Below are positions 1 through 11,696 of a stretch of DNA of 64,000 nucleotides, piece after piece. Under the pieces are notes generated by a model that saw only the letters and a program-made list of their open reading frames with translations, made no database searches and was not told where the DNA came from. Positions within the stretch are counted from its first letter, which is position 1. Each line of letters starts with the position of its first letter. Where the stretch lies: assembly GCF_044647545.1 (NCBI RefSeq), contig NZ_CP172818.1, one strand, 5' to 3'. A program made the position numbers and the translations under genes. The DNA is from Escherichia coli. GTDB lineage: Bacteria > Pseudomonadota > Gammaproteobacteria > Enterobacterales > Enterobacteriaceae.

Positions 1-1
1 T

Positions 2-1048
2 AGCGCGGCGGCCTATCATGCCGGGCTGGAAAATAATATTCGCGTCGACGTGCAGGAAAAATTTCAGCGCGATGACCTGCAAATTGTGGTGGCGACCGTG
101 GCGTTTGGCATGGGCATCAACAAGCCTAACGTCCGCTTCGTGGTCCACTTTGATATTCCGCGCAATATCGAATCCTATTATCAGGAAACCGGTCGCGCCG
201 GGCGTGATGGCCTGCCCGCGGAAGCGATGCTGTTTTACGATCCGGCCGATATGGCGTGGCTACGCCGTTGTCTGGAAGAGAAGCCGCAGGGGCAATTGCA
301 GGATATCGAGCGCCATAAACTCAATGCGATGGGCGCGTTTGCCGAAGCGCAAACTTGCCGTCGTCTGGTGCTGCTGAACTACTTTGGCGAAGGGCGGCAG
401 GAGCCGTGCGGGAACTGCGATATCTGCCTCGATCCGCCGAAACAATACGATGGTTCAACCGATGCTCAGATTGCCCTTTCCACCATTGGTCGTGTGAATC
501 AGCGGTTTGGGATGGGTTATGTGGTGGAAGTGATTCGTGGCGCTAATAACCAGCGTATCCGCGACTATGGTCATGACAAACTGAAAGTCTATGGCATGGG
601 CCGTGATAAAAGCCATGAACATTGGGTGAGCGTGATCCGCCAGCTGATTCACCTCGGCCTGGTGACGCAAAATATTGCCCAGCATTCTGCCCTACAACTG
701 ACAGAGGCTGCGCGTCCGGTGCTGCGCGGCGAATCCTCTTTGCAACTTGCCGTGCCGCGTATCGTGGCGCTCAAACCGAAAGCGATGCAGAAATCGTTCG
801 GCGGCAACTATGATCGCAAACTGTTCGCCAAATTACGCAAACTGCGTAAATCGATTGCCGATGAAAGCAATGTCCCGCCGTACGTGGTATTTAACGACGC
901 AACCTTGATTGAGATGGCGGAACAGATGCCGATCACTGCCAGCGAAATGCTCAGCGTTAACGGCGTTGGGATGCGCAAGCTGGAACGCTTTGGCAAACCG
1001 TTTATGGCGCTGATTCGTGCGCATGTCGATGGCGATGACGAAGAGTAG
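2..1048 (+). CDS. recQ: ATP-dependent DNA helicase RecQ, C-terminal part (5' end lies upstream of window)
   Basis: ORF runs in frame from window edge; translation contains helicase C-terminal, RQC and HRDC-like sequence (..FDIPRNIESYYQETGRAGRDG..) ending DGDDEE-stop. Confidence 0.93.
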   Translation, partial: SAAAYHAGLENNIRVDVQEKFQRDDLQIVVATVAFGMGINKPNVRFVVHFDIPRNIESYYQETGRAGRDGLPAEAMLFYDPADMAWLRRCLEEKPQGQLQDIERHKLNAMGAFAEAQTCRRLVLLNYFGEGRQEPCGNCDICLDPPKQYDGSTDAQIALSTIGRVNQRFGMGYVVEVIRGANNQRIRDYGHDKLKVYGMGRDKSHEHWVSVIRQLIHLGLVTQNIAQHSALQLTEAARPVLRGESSLQLAVPRIVALKPKAMQKSFGGNYDRKLFAKLRKLRKSIADESNVPPYVVFNDATLIEMAEQMPITASEMLSVNGVGMRKLERFGKPFMALIRAHVDGDDEE

Positions 1049-1111
1049 TCAGCAGGATAAAAAAGTGCCAGGATGAAGACTCCGTAAACGTTTCCCCCGC
1101 GAGTCTAATGT

Positions 1112-1732
1112 ATGTTGATGTTATTCCTCACCGTCGCCATGGTGCACATTGTGGCGCTTATGAGCCCCGGTCCCGATTTCTTTTTTGTCTCTCAGACCGC
1201 TGTCAGTCGTTCCCGTAAAGAAGCGATGATGGGCGTGCTGGGCATTACCTGCGGCGTAATGGTTTGGGCTGGGATTGCGTTGCTTGGCCTACATTTGATT
1301 ATCGAAAAAATGGCCTGGCTGCATACGCTGATTATGGTGGGCGGTGGCCTGTATCTCTGCTGGATGGGTTACCAGATGCTACGCGGTGCACTGAAAAAAG
1401 AGGTTGTTTCTGCGCCTGCGCCACAGGTAGAACTGGCAAAAAGCGGGCGCAGTTTCCTGAAAGGCTTACTGACCAATCTCGCCAATCCGAAAGCGATTAT
1501 CTACTTTGGTTCGGTATTCTCGCTGTTTGTCGGCGATAACGTCGGCACCACTGAGCGCTGGGGCATTTTCGCGTTGATTATTATCGAAACACTGGCGTGG
1601 TTTACCGTCGTTGCCAGCCTGTTTGCCCTGCCGCAAATGCGCCGTGGTTATCAACGTCTGGCGAAGTGGATTGATGGTTTTGCCGGGGCGTTATTTGCCG
1701 GATTTGGTATTCATTTGATTATTTCGCGGTAA
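1112..1732 (+). CDS. rhtC: threonine efflux protein (LysE/RhtB family), 206 aa
   Basis: 206-aa hydrophobic ORF in expected position after recQ; matches remembered RhtC length and context. Confidence 0.9.
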   Translation: MLMLFLTVAMVHIVALMSPGPDFFFVSQTAVSRSRKEAMMGVLGITCGVMVWAGIALLGLHLIIEKMAWLHTLIMVGGGLYLCWMGYQMLRGALKKEVVSAPAPQVELAKSGRSFLKGLLTNLANPKAIIYFGSVFSLFVGDNVGTTERWGIFALIIIETLAWFTVVASLFALPQMRRGYQRLAKWIDGFAGALFAGFGIHLIISR

Positions 1733-1798
1733 TGCCAGACGCGTCTTCAGAATAAGTCGGATAAGGCATTTACGCCGCATCCGAGCTTTATTCCAGTT

Positions 1799-2419
1799 TT
1801 AAGCATGCCTCGCCGATGCTAACAGCGCTCCCACCAGCATAAACAACGAGCCGAAAATCTTATTCAGCGCCTTCATCTGCTTTGGTCCTTTAATCCATAG
1901 AGCAATCCGTTGAGCAAGGGTGGCGTAACCGATCATCACAATAATATCGACCACAATAGTGGTGACGCCGAGCACGATATACTGCATCAGTTGTGGCTGC
2001 TGCGGCATGATGAATTGCGGAAATAGCGCCGCCAGAAACACAATACTTTTGGGATTGGTAAGATTCACAAAAACTGCGCGCTGGAACAAATGTCGGCGCG
2101 ATTGAGTAGAGGCCAGCGATTTAAGATCAATTGCGCCAGCGGCGCGCCACTGCTGGATCCCAAGCCAAATCAGATAAGCTGCGCCCGCCCACTTCAACAC
2201 TTCAAACGCAATCACTGAGCGGGAAAATAGCGTCCCCAAACCCACGCCAACCAGCACAATATGAATCGCCAGTCCGGTCTGAAGCCCAGCAATAGACGCC
2301 ACCGCGCCGCGATAACCGTGGTTGAGCGAGGTGGTCATGGTGTTGATTGCGCCAGAGCCTGGCGACAGGCTTAAAATGATCGATGTCAGCAGGTAGGCAA
2401 ACCACCATTCTAAGGTCAT
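1799..2419 (-). CDS. rhtB: homoserine/homoserine-lactone efflux protein (LysE/RhtB family), 206 aa
   Basis: 206-aa membrane ORF convergent with rhtC, divergent from pldB. Confidence 0.9.
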
Positions 2420-2529
2420 GATGAACTCCCGGTGTGTCTATTTTTGTGCCACAATACGCTACTGTCGCAGCGTTGTGTCAGGCACGCTTAAAAAAACGAT
2501 TTTACGTGGTTTAAGAGGCAGATTACCTG

Positions 2530-3552
2530 ATGTTTCAGCAGCAAAAAGACTGGGAAACAAGAGAAAACGCGTTTGCTGCTTTTACCATGGGACTGCTGAC
2601 TGATTTCTGGCGTCAGCGTGATGAAGCAGAATTTACTGGTGTGGATGACATTCCGGTGCGCTTTGTCCGTTTTCGCGCACAGCACCATGACCGGGTGGTA
2701 GTCATCTGCCCGGGGCGTATTGAGAGCTACGTAAAATATGCGGAACTGGCCTACGATCTGTTCCATTTGGGGTTTGATGTCTTAATCATCGACCATCGCG
2801 GGCAGGGACGTTCCGGTCGCCTGTTAGCCGATCCGCATCTCGGGCATGTTAATCGCTTTAATGATTATGTTGATGATCTGGCGGCATTCTGGCAACAGGA
2901 GGTTCAGCCCGGTCCGTGGCGTAAACGTTATATACTGGCACATTCGATGGGCGGTGCGATCTCCACATTATTTCTGCAACGCCATCCAGGTGTATGTGAC
3001 GCCATTGCGCTAACTGCGCCAATGTTTGGGATCGTGATTCGTATGCCGTCATTTATGGCACGGCAGATCCTCAACTGGGCCGAAGCGCATCCACGTTTCC
3101 GTGATGGCTATGCAATAGGCACCGGGCGCTGGCGCGCGTTGCCGTTTGCTATCAACGTACTGACCCACAGCAGACAGCGATATCGACGTAACTTACGCTT
3201 CTATGCTGATGATCCAACGATTCGCGTCGGTGGGCCGACCTACCATTGGGTACGCGAAAGTATTCTGGCTGGCGAACAGGTGTTAGCCGGTGCGGGTGAT
3301 GACGCCACGCCAACGCTTCTCTTACAAGCTGAAGAGGAACGCGTGGTGGATAACCGCATGCATGACCGTTTTTGTGAACTCCGCACCGCTGCGGGCCATC
3401 CTGTCGAAGGAGGACGGCCGTTGGTAATTAAAGGTGCGTACCATGAGATCCTTTTTGAAAAGGACGCAATGCGCTCAGTCGCGCTCCACGCCATCGTTGA
3501 TTTTTTCAACAGGCATAACTCACCCAGCGGAAACCGCTCTACAGAGGTTTAA
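2530..3552 (+). CDS. pldB: lysophospholipase L2, 340 aa
   Basis: 340-aa ORF with alpha/beta hydrolase GHSMGG motif; conserved context. Confidence 0.92.
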   Translation: MFQQQKDWETRENAFAAFTMGLLTDFWRQRDEAEFTGVDDIPVRFVRFRAQHHDRVVVICPGRIESYVKYAELAYDLFHLGFDVLIIDHRGQGRSGRLLADPHLGHVNRFNDYVDDLAAFWQQEVQPGPWRKRYILAHSMGGAISTLFLQRHPGVCDAIALTAPMFGIVIRMPSFMARQILNWAEAHPRFRDGYAIGTGRWRALPFAINVLTHSRQRYRRNLRFYADDPTIRVGGPTYHWVRESILAGEQVLAGAGDDATPTLLLQAEEERVVDNRMHDRFCELRTAAGHPVEGGRPLVIKGAYHEILFEKDAMRSVALHAIVDFFNRHNSPSGNRSTEV

Positions 3553-3559
3553 ATTTCTT

Positions 3560-4360
3560 ATGTATCAGGTTGTTGCGTCTGATTTAGATGGCACGTTACT
3601 TTCTCCCGACCATACGTTATCCCCTTACGCCAAAGAAACTCTGAAGCTGCTCACCGCGCGCGGCATCAACTTTGTGTTTGCGACCGGTCGTCACCACGTT
3701 GATGTGGGGCAAATTCGCGATAATCTGGAGATTAAGTCTTACATGATTACCTCCAATGGCGCGCGCGTTCACGATCTGGATGGCAATCTGATTTTTGCTC
3801 ATAACCTGGATCGCGACATTGCCAGCGATCTGTTTGGCGTAGTCAACGACAATCCGGACATCATTACTAATGTTTATCGCGACGACGAATGGTTTATGAA
3901 TCGCCATCGCCCGGAAGAGATGCGCTTTTTTAAAGAAGCGGTGTTCAAATATGCGCTGTATGAGCCGGGATTACTGGAGCCGGAAGGCGTCAGCAAAGTG
4001 TTCTTCACCTGCGATTCCCATGAAAAACTTCTGCCACTGGAGCAAGCGATTAACGCTCGCTGGGGCGATCGCGTCAATGTCAGTTTCTCTACCTTAACCT
4101 GCCTGGAAGTCATGGCGGGCGGCGTGTCAAAAGGCCATGCGCTGGAAGCAGTGGCGAAGAAACTGGGCTACAGCCTGAAGGATTGTATTGCGTTTGGTGA
4201 CGGGATGAACGATGCCGAAATGCTGTCGATGGCGGGGAAAGGCTGCATTATGGGCAGTGCGCACCAGCGTCTGAAAGATCTGCATCCGGAACTGGAAGTG
4301 ATTGGTACTAACGCCGAGGACGCAGTGCCGCATTATCTGCGTAAGCTCTATTTATCGTAA
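3560..4360 (+). CDS. yigL: HAD-family sugar/pyridoxal phosphate phosphatase, 266 aa
   Basis: ATG at 3560 in frame with longer track ORF; HAD motifs (DLDGTLL, GDGMND). Confidence 0.9.
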   Translation: MYQVVASDLDGTLLSPDHTLSPYAKETLKLLTARGINFVFATGRHHVDVGQIRDNLEIKSYMITSNGARVHDLDGNLIFAHNLDRDIASDLFGVVNDNPDIITNVYRDDEWFMNRHRPEEMRFFKEAVFKYALYEPGLLEPEGVSKVFFTCDSHEKLLPLEQAINARWGDRVNVSFSTLTCLEVMAGGVSKGHALEAVAKKLGYSLKDCIAFGDGMNDAEMLSMAGKGCIMGSAHQRLKDLHPELEVIGTNAEDAVPHYLRKLYLS

Positions 4361-4435
4361 TCGTTCTTTATTTGGTCAGTTGTCAACCTGATACTTCGCT
4401 ACAATGGATACTCGTTAATCAAAGAGTTTTCCATT

Positions 4436-5335
4436 GTGGCGCTACTTATCATCACCACGATTCTGTGGGCCTTCTCCTTTAGCTTTTATGGCGAGTACCT
4501 TGCGGGGCACGTCGATAGCTATTTTGCGGTTCTGGTGCGCGTTGGCCTGGCGGCACTCGTTTTTCTGCCGTTTCTGCGTACCCGTGGCAATAGCCTGAAA
4601 ACGGTCGGCCTGTATATGCTGGTGGGCGCGATGCAGCTCGGTGTGATGTATATGCTGAGTTTCCGCGCCTATCTCTACCTGACGGTCTCCGAACTGTTGC
4701 TGTTCACCGTACTGACGCCGCTCTACATCACGCTGATTTATGACATCATGAGTAAGCGCCGTCTGCGCTGGGGCTATGCTTTTAGCGCCTTGCTGGCGGT
4801 GATTGGTGCCGGGATTATTCGCTATGATCAGGTCACCGACCATTTCTGGACTGGCTTATTGCTGGTGCAACTCTCCAATATCACTTTTGCCATCGGCATG
4901 GTGGGTTACAAACGTCTGATGGAAACTCGCCCGATGCCGCAGCATAACGCCTTTGCGTGGTTCTATCTTGGCGCGTTCCTGGTGGCAGTGATTGCATGGT
5001 TCTTGCTGGGAAATGCACAGAAAATGCCGCAAACCACGTTGCAATGGGGCATTCTGGTGTTTCTTGGCGTGGTGGCTTCCGGGATTGGCTACTTTATGTG
5101 GAACTACGGCGCGACGCAGGTGGACGCCGGAACGCTGGGCATTATGAATAATATGCACGTTCCGGCAGGGCTGCTGGTAAACCTGGCTATCTGGCACCAA
5201 CAGCCGCACTGGCCAACGTTTATTACAGGCGCGCTGGTGATCCTGGCCTCACTGTGGGTGCATCGTAAGTGGGTCGCTCCGCGCTCTTCACAAACGGCAG
5301 ATGATCGCAGGCGTGATTGCGCGCTGAACGAATAA
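4436..5335 (+). CDS. yigM: EamA/DMT-family membrane transporter (biotin transporter BioP/YigM), 299 aa
   Basis: 299-aa polytopic membrane ORF with GTG start; conserved position between yigL and metR. Confidence 0.85.
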   Translation: MALLIITTILWAFSFSFYGEYLAGHVDSYFAVLVRVGLAALVFLPFLRTRGNSLKTVGLYMLVGAMQLGVMYMLSFRAYLYLTVSELLLFTVLTPLYITLIYDIMSKRRLRWGYAFSALLAVIGAGIIRYDQVTDHFWTGLLLVQLSNITFAIGMVGYKRLMETRPMPQHNAFAWFYLGAFLVAVIAWFLLGNAQKMPQTTLQWGILVFLGVVASGIGYFMWNYGATQVDAGTLGIMNNMHVPAGLLVNLAIWHQQPHWPTFITGALVILASLWVHRKWVAPRSSQTADDRRRDCALNE

Positions 5336-6176
5336 ATGCTTCTGTAATCGGCTGACGCTGCTCTCCATCGCGCACGGCGGCGTACAGTCGGCTCCACAAG
5401 CCTTCGCCCAGGGTTTTGGTCACCACCAGACCCTGGCGCTCAAAACTCTCAACTACCCAATGCGGCAGCGCGGCAATACCCATCCGCGCGGCAACCATCT
5501 GAATCAACAATAAGGTGTTATCGACGCTTTTCAGTGACGGGCTGACGCCTGCCGGCTGAAGAAAATGCCGCCAGACATCCAGTCGACTACGCTGCACCGG
5601 ATAAATCAACAGCGTCTCGCTGGCGAGATCTTCCGGTGTAATTCGCGTTTTCGCCGCCAGTGGATGGTCAGGTGCTAACACCAGACGCACTTCATAGTCG
5701 AACATCGGCGAATAATGCAGGCCACTGCGCGGCAGAATATCGGACGTCATCACCAGATCCAGCTCGCCCTGTTGCAACGCAGGCTGCGGATCAAACGTTA
5801 CGCCCGATTTAAAATCCATCTCCACCTGCGGCCAGTTCTTATGGAAATTTTCTAATGCGGGCGTCAGCCACTGAATACAGCTATGGCACTCAATGGCAAT
5901 GCGCAGGCGCGTCTGCTGCGGTTCATTGCAGGCTTGCAGTGCCTGGCTAATTTGCGGCAGCACCTGATTTGCCAGTTGCAACAGGATTTCTCCCTGCGGT
6001 GTAAAGCGAAGCGGCTGGCTTTTACGCACAAATAGCCGGAAGCCAAGGCGTTGTTCCAGATCGCTAAACTGGTGAGACAGGGCGGATTGCGTTTGATGCA
6101 ACGTCGCCGCAGCGGCTGCGAGTGAGCCGCAGTTCCGCAACGCTTGTAGCGTTTTCAGGTGTTTTACTTCGATCAT
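5223..6176 (-). CDS. metR: LysR-family transcriptional activator of metE/metH, 317 aa
   Basis: 317-aa ORF with N-terminal LysR HTH, divergent from metE. Confidence 0.93.
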   Translation of the reverse strand: MIEVKHLKTLQALRNCGSLAAAAATLHQTQSALSHQFSDLEQRLGFRLFVRKSQPLRFTPQGEILLQLANQVLPQISQALQACNEPQQTRLRIAIECHSCIQWLTPALENFHKNWPQVEMDFKSGVTFDPQPALQQGELDLVMTSDILPRSGLHYSPMFDYEVRLVLAPDHPLAAKTRITPEDLASETLLIYPVQRSRLDVWRHFLQPAGVSPSLKSVDNTLLLIQMVAARMGIAALPHWVVESFERQGLVVTKTLGEGLWSRLYAAVRDGEQRQPITEAFIRSARNHACDHLPFVKSAERPTYDAPTVRPGSPARL

Positions 6177-6293
6177 GAAAGTCCTTCACTTCGGCATGAA
6201 TAATTTGCGCTTGAGGAATATACAGTAACCGCCAATTATGGATGTGTAAACATCTGGACGGCTAAATACTAAAAATTCCATAAGGGGCATATA

Positions 6294-8555
6294 ATGACAA
6301 TTCTTAATCACACCCTCGGTTTCCCTCGCGTTGGCCTGCGTCGCGAGCTGAAAAAAGCGCAAGAGAGTTATTGGGCGGGGAACTCCACGCGTGAAGAACT
6401 GCTGGCGGTAGGGCGTGAACTGCGTGCTCGTCACTGGGATCAACAAAAGCAAGCAGGTATCGACCTGCTGCCGGTGGGTGATTTTGCCTGGTACGATCAT
6501 GTCCTGACCACCAGCCTGCTGCTGGGTAACGTTCCGGCGCGTCACCAGAACAAAGATGGTTCGGTAGATATCGACACCCTGTTCCGTATTGGTCGTGGAC
6601 GTGCGCCGACTGGCGAACCTGCGGCGGCGGCGGAAATGACCAAATGGTTTAACACCAACTATCACTACATGGTGCCGGAGTTCGTTAAAGGCCAACAGTT
6701 CAAACTGACCTGGACGCAGCTGCTGGAGGAAGTGGACGAGGCGCTGGCGCTGGGCCACAAGGTGAAACCTGTGCTGCTGGGGCCGGTTACCTGGCTGTGG
6801 CTGGGTAAAGTGAAAGGTGAACAGTTTGATCGCCTGAGCCTGCTGAACGACATTCTGCCGGTTTATCAGCAAGTGCTGGCAGAACTGGCAAAACGCGGCA
6901 TCGAGTGGGTACAGATCGACGAACCCGCGCTGGTACTGGAACTACCGCAGGCGTGGCTGGACGCCTATAAACCCGCTTACGACGCGCTCCAGGGGCAGGT
7001 GAAACTGCTGCTGACTACTTATTTTGAAGGCGTAACACCAAATCTCGACACGATTACTGCGCTGCCTGTTCAGGGGCTGCATGTGGACCTTGTACATGGT
7101 AAAGATGACGTTGCTGAACTGCACAAGCGCCTGCCTTCTGACTGGCTACTGTCTGTGGGTCTGATCAATGGTCGTAACGTCTGGCGCGCCGATCTTACCG
7201 AGAAATATGCGCAAATTAAGGACATTGTCGGCAAACGTGATTTGTGGGTGGCATCTTCCTGCTCACTGCTGCACAGCCCCATCGACCTGAGCGTGGAAAC
7301 GCGTCTTGATGCAGAAGTGAAAAGCTGGTTTGCCTTCGCCCTACAAAAATGCCATGAACTGGCACTGCTGCGCGATGCGCTGAACAGTGGTGATACGGCG
7401 GCTCTGGCAGAGTGGAGCGCTCCGATTCAGGCGCGTCGTCACTCTACTCGTGTACATAATCCGGCAGTAGAAAAGCGTCTGGCGGCGATCACCGCTCAGG
7501 ACAGTCAGCGTGCGAATGTCTATGAAGTGCGTGCTGAAGCCCAGCGTGCGCGTTTTAAACTGCCCGCGTGGCCGACCACCACGATTGGTTCCTTCCCGCA
7601 AACTACGGAGATTCGTACCCTGCGTCTGGATTTTAAAAAGGGTAATCTCGACGCCAATAACTACCGCACGGGCATTGCGGAACATATCAAGCAGGCCATT
7701 GTTGAGCAGGAACGTTTGGGACTGGATGTGCTGGTACATGGCGAGGCCGAGCGTAATGACATGGTGGAATACTTTGGCGAGCATCTGGATGGCTTTGTCT
7801 TTACGCAAAACGGTTGGGTACAGAGCTACGGTTCCCGCTGCGTGAAGCCACCGATTGTTATTGGTGACGTTAGCCGCCCGGCACCGATTACTGTGGAGTG
7901 GGCAAAATATGCGCAATCCCTGACTGATAAACCGGTGAAAGGGATGTTGACCGGCCCGGTGACTATTCTCTGCTGGTCGTTCCCGCGTGAAGATGTCAGC
8001 CGTGAAACCATCGCCAAACAAATTGCGCTGGCGCTGCGTGATGAAGTGGCCGATCTGGAAGCCGCTGGAATTGGCATCATCCAGATTGACGAACCGGCTC
8101 TGCGCGAAGGTTTACCGCTGCGTCGCAGCGACTGGGATGTGTATCTCCAGTGGGGCGTAGAGGCCTTCCGTATCAACGCCGCCGTGGCGAAAGATGACAC
8201 ACAAATCCACACTCACATGTGTTATTGCGAGTTCAACGACATCATGGATTCCATTGCGGCGCTGGACGCAGACGTCATCACCATCGAAACCTCGCGTTCC
8301 GACATGGAGTTGCTGGAGTCGTTTGAAGAGTTTGATTATCCAAATGAAATCGGTCCTGGCGTCTATGACATTCACTCGCCAAACGTACCGAGCGTGGAAT
8401 GGATTGAAGCCTTGCTGAAGAAAGCGGCAAAACGCATTCCGGCAGAGCGTCTGTGGGTCAACCCGGACTGTGGCCTGAAAACGCGCGGCTGGCCAGAAAC
8501 CCGCGCGGCACTGGCGAACATGGTGCAGGCGGCGCAGAATTTGCGTCGGGGGTAA
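6294..8555 (+). CDS. metE: cobalamin-independent methionine synthase, 753 aa
   Basis: 753-aa ORF beginning [14 protein letters not shown]; canonical MetE. Confidence 0.96.
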   Translation: MTILNHTLGFPRVGLRRELKKAQESYWAGNSTREELLAVGRELRARHWDQQKQAGIDLLPVGDFAWYDHVLTTSLLLGNVPARHQNKDGSVDIDTLFRIGRGRAPTGEPAAAAEMTKWFNTNYHYMVPEFVKGQQFKLTWTQLLEEVDEALALGHKVKPVLLGPVTWLWLGKVKGEQFDRLSLLNDILPVYQQVLAELAKRGIEWVQIDEPALVLELPQAWLDAYKPAYDALQGQVKLLLTTYFEGVTPNLDTITALPVQGLHVDLVHGKDDVAELHKRLPSDWLLSVGLINGRNVWRADLTEKYAQIKDIVGKRDLWVASSCSLLHSPIDLSVETRLDAEVKSWFAFALQKCHELALLRDALNSGDTAALAEWSAPIQARRHSTRVHNPAVEKRLAAITAQDSQRANVYEVRAEAQRARFKLPAWPTTTIGSFPQTTEIRTLRLDFKKGNLDANNYRTGIAEHIKQAIVEQERLGLDVLVHGEAERNDMVEYFGEHLDGFVFTQNGWVQSYGSRCVKPPIVIGDVSRPAPITVEWAKYAQSLTDKPVKGMLTGPVTILCWSFPREDVSRETIAKQIALALRDEVADLEAAGIGIIQIDEPALREGLPLRRSDWDVYLQWGVEAFRINAAVAKDDTQIHTHMCYCEFNDIMDSIAALDADVITIETSRSDMELLESFEEFDYPNEIGPGVYDIHSPNVPSVEWIEALLKKAAKRIPAERLWVNPDCGLKTRGWPETRAALANMVQAAQNLRRG

Positions 8556-8595
8556 ATCCCAAACTGGGTGGCAAACACCACCCGGTCTTTTCTCA

Positions 8596-9411
8596 TTACA
8601 GCGACTTCTTCCCACCATACTGTGTAAACCATTCCAACATTCGCTGCCAGCCGTCTTTCGCAGACTCGGCATGATAGCTCGGACGATAATCGGCGTTGAA
8701 CGCATGCCCGGCATCCGGGTAGACGATAATCTCTGCTTTCGCGTTTGCTGCCCGCAGCGCCTGGCGCATCGTTTCAACGCTCTCCTGCGGAATGCTGTTA
8801 TCCTGGCCGCCATATAAGCCGATAACCGGCGCGTTAAGATCGGTTGCGATATCAACAGGCTGTTTCGGTGAATTCAGCGTCTTATCGCCGGTTAATTTGC
8901 CGTACCATGCCACCGCTGCTTTCAGTTGTGGATTATGCGCAGCATACAGCCAGGTGATGCGCCCACCCCAGCAAAATCCGGTGATCATTAAGCGATGAAC
9001 ATCGCCGCCGTTGCGTGACGCCCAACTGGCGACATGATCGAGATCGGCCAGCACCTGCGAGTCAGGCACTTTTGCTACCAGACCGCTAAGCAGCGTAGGG
9101 ATATCGGCAAAATCATTCGGATCGCCTTCGCGGAAGTAAAGTTCAGGTGCGATAGCCAGATACCCCTCCAGCGCCAGACGGCGACAAATATCGCGGATAT
9201 GTTCATGCACGCCAAAAATTTCCTGCACTACAATGACCACTGGCAGTGGGCCATCGCTTTGCTTTGGTCTGGCATGGTAAGCAGGCATGTTATCCCCTTG
9301 TGAAGGGATAGAGGTGAAGCCCGCCACAATCGCGTCGTCCGGAGTCTGAACGATGGTCGAAGCGAGAGGCGATGCAGCAGGTGCAAATCCAGATTGTTGT
9401 GTTGTTGCCAT
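8596..9411 (-). CDS. ysgA: dienelactone hydrolase family protein, about 271 aa (start chosen at internal Met; track ORF extends to 9477)
   Basis: Alpha/beta hydrolase-like ORF convergent with metE; start position uncertain. Confidence 0.8.
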   Translation of the reverse strand: MATTQQSGFAPAASPLASTIVQTPDDAIVAGFTSIPSQGDNMPAYHARPKQSDGPLPVVIVVQEIFGVHEHIRDICRRLALEGYLAIAPELYFREGDPNDFADIPTLLSGLVAKVPDSQVLADLDHVASWASRNGGDVHRLMITGFCWGGRITWLYAAHNPQLKAAVAWYGKLTGDKTLNSPKQPVDIATDLNAPVIGLYGGQDNSIPQESVETMRQALRAANAKAEIIVYPDAGHAFNADYRPSYHAESAKDGWQRMLEWFTQYGGKKSL

Positions 9412-9531
9412 GGTATTCTCCGTACCCTTATAAAAATGTTGCGCAATGTTAACTATAGTCAGCATGCAACAAATCACATTGCCTGAATCGGCTCATCTTT
9501 TATGCAGTCCTGCAGAATGAAGAGTGATTTA

Positions 9532-9599
9532 TGTGATTTGCATCACTTTTGGCGGGTAAATTTATGCAACGCATTTTCGTCATGGTGATGAGTATCACG
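9532..9599 (+). promoter_or_regulatory. udp promoter region with two CRP-type sites (tgtgatttgcatcact; ggtgatgagtatcacg)
   Basis: Two TGTGA-N6-TCACA-like motifs 75-140 bp upstream of udp; udp is a known CRP/CytR target. Confidence 0.6.
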
Positions 9600-9672
9600 A
9601 AAAAATGTTAAACCCTTCGGTAAAGTGTCTTTTTGCTTCTTCTGACTAAACCGATTCACAGAGGAGTTGTAT

Positions 9673-10515
9673 ATGTCCAAGTCTGATGTTTTTCATCTCG
9701 GCCTCACTAAAAACGATTTACAAGGGGCTACGCTTGCCATCGTCCCTGGCGACCCGGATCGTGTGGAAAAGATCGCCGCGCTGATGGATAAGCCGGTTAA
9801 GCTGGCATCTCATCGCGAATTCACCACCTGGCGTGCAGAGCTGGATGGTAAACCTGTTATCGTCTGCTCTACCGGTATCGGCGGCCCGTCTACCTCTATT
9901 GCTGTTGAAGAGCTGGCACAGCTGGGCATTCGCACCTTCCTGCGTATCGGTACAACGGGCGCTATTCAGCCGCATATTAATGTGGGTGATGTCCTGGTTA
10001 CCACGGCGTCTGTTCGTCTGGACGGCGCGAGCCTGCACTTCGCACCGCTGGAATTCCCGGCTGTCGCTGATTTCGAATGTACGACTGCGCTGGTTGAAGC
10101 GGCGAAGTCAATTGGTGCCACCACTCACGTTGGTGTGACGGCTTCTTCTGATACCTTCTACCCGGGTCAGGAACGTTACGATACTTACTCTGGTCGCGTA
10201 GTTCGTCACTTTAAAGGTTCTATGGAAGAGTGGCAGGCGATGGGCGTAATGAACTATGAAATGGAATCTGCAACCCTGCTGACCATGTGTGCAAGTCAGG
10301 GCCTGCGTGCCGGTATGGTAGCGGGGGTTATCGTTAACCGCACCCAGCAAGAGATCCCGAATGCTGAGACGATGAAACAAACCGAAAGCCATGCGGTGAA
10401 AATCGTGGTGGAAGCGGCGCGTCGTCTGCTGAAATTCTCTTTCTCCTGTCAGCCCTGGGTGAAGGCATCCCATCTTCATCTCCAGGATGCATTCACCGAA
10501 ATCGAATCGGGATAA
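9673..10515 (+). CDS. udp: uridine phosphorylase with a 27-codon C-terminal read-through; the expected stop position 10432-10434 reads AAA
   Basis: Translation matches Udp through ..VEAARRLL, then continues [27 protein letters not shown] to TAA at 10513-10515. Confidence 0.88.
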   Translation: MSKSDVFHLGLTKNDLQGATLAIVPGDPDRVEKIAALMDKPVKLASHREFTTWRAELDGKPVIVCSTGIGGPSTSIAVEELAQLGIRTFLRIGTTGAIQPHINVGDVLVTTASVRLDGASLHFAPLEFPAVADFECTTALVEAAKSIGATTHVGVTASSDTFYPGQERYDTYSGRVVRHFKGSMEEWQAMGVMNYEMESATLLTMCASQGLRAGMVAGVIVNRTQQEIPNAETMKQTESHAVKIVVEAARRLLKFSFSCQPWVKASHLHLQDAFTEIESG

Positions 10516-11690
10516 AACATCAAATAACTCCCCTCATAAATCTGGAAATCTAATTTTTTTTCAACTACTGCCCATTTCGCATTTGCCGGTAACCTATCAC
10601 ATGCATACCCTGATGGATCGCGTTTTCAGGCCGGTTCCATCGACACACCTGAATTTTTTCTCTTCGCCACGCATCACTTCGGCATTTCACCTTCTTTAAT
10701 CACCCAGCATGATTCAGCATTTCTCTCTGTGATAACACGTCAACTGCTTCGCCAGACCCTCGAATGACCGCAAGGTAAATAACTGCTGTTGCCACCCTTC
10801 GCACTCCGACATCCGCAAGCCATACCGCATGGGTTTTCGACCATCCCGCAGACACGTAAAACGTATCTGGAAACTCCTCACGTTTCTCCTGGAGGTAATT
10901 TCATGATCCCCAGAATTCACGTTTTTCTTTGATCTTGATTCGCCAAAACGCCATGCCCGAACGATGACTTCCCCATCCAGGATTAAATCTAAGTTCTGCA
11001 TTATCTTTCCTTTAATCATTTTATTTATCTTTCGGACGTCTTACCCCACCCATTCACGGATATCTCTTCTGCACAGGATTTGACGAAGTGCCACTTCAAC
11101 CCCACGACATATACTGTACTCGACAGAAATACCGCCACAATTTCATCCCGCTTGTAAACCCTCAACGCAACGGATATCGGCTCTTTCCTTCCAATCAAAA
11201 CAAAACCACTCCAAACGACGCATGTTCTAATAAAGCGCCCATTTTGTTTCATCACCACAGGCTTTACCGCCACTTTCTTCTTTCGTTAGATCAATCCTCC
11301 GATCCGTGATTCCATCATCGATCCTCTGACGCATTTCCACCCCCTGACTTTGATCTTCTCCAGATACAGCACTTCTCGCCTTCAACGATCCCCAGATGCA
11401 CGGTTCCAGTTAACCAACGTTCAAAACCGCAATTTTACACGAGTCTTTCCATCTCTCACTGAATCGATCATTTCACCCATTTACCCTCGTGACACGCAGT
11501 AACTTTTCCACAAACTGACTAAACATGTTTCTCCTCGTCCTGAACTCCCGATAATTTTAGTCACACGTTATAAACACATTAAGAACCGCCATCCACGTAA
11601 TAACGTTTCCGCCTCGTGTTGAAGAGGTTTCTCCCACTCACTTCTCTATGATATTCTGAATTTCCACATAATGACGTGGGGAAAAAGTGA
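10516..11690 (+). other. ORF-poor, G-depleted tract (top strand roughly 12-13% G, about 30% C) between udp and rmuC; origin and function unknown
   Basis: Hand counts on two 100-120 nt samples; only short ORFs (70-101 aa) on either strand, none resembling a known protein. Confidence 0.6.
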
Positions 11691-11696
11691 TATATC

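Noticed and set aside
6186-8855. Long antisense or alternate-frame ORFs overlapping metE (6186-6872 minus, 7341-8021 minus, 8112-8855 minus)
   Set aside because: Fully embedded in or overlapping the well-supported metE and ysgA genes; typical shadow ORFs.
10714-11273. Minus-strand ORFs of 101 aa (10714-11019) and 82 aa (11025-11273), and plus-strand ORFs of 70-73 aa, inside the G-poor tract as possible novel genes
   Set aside because: Short, in different frames, no RBS, composition simply mirrors the G-rich complement, and no resemblance to any protein family I recognise.
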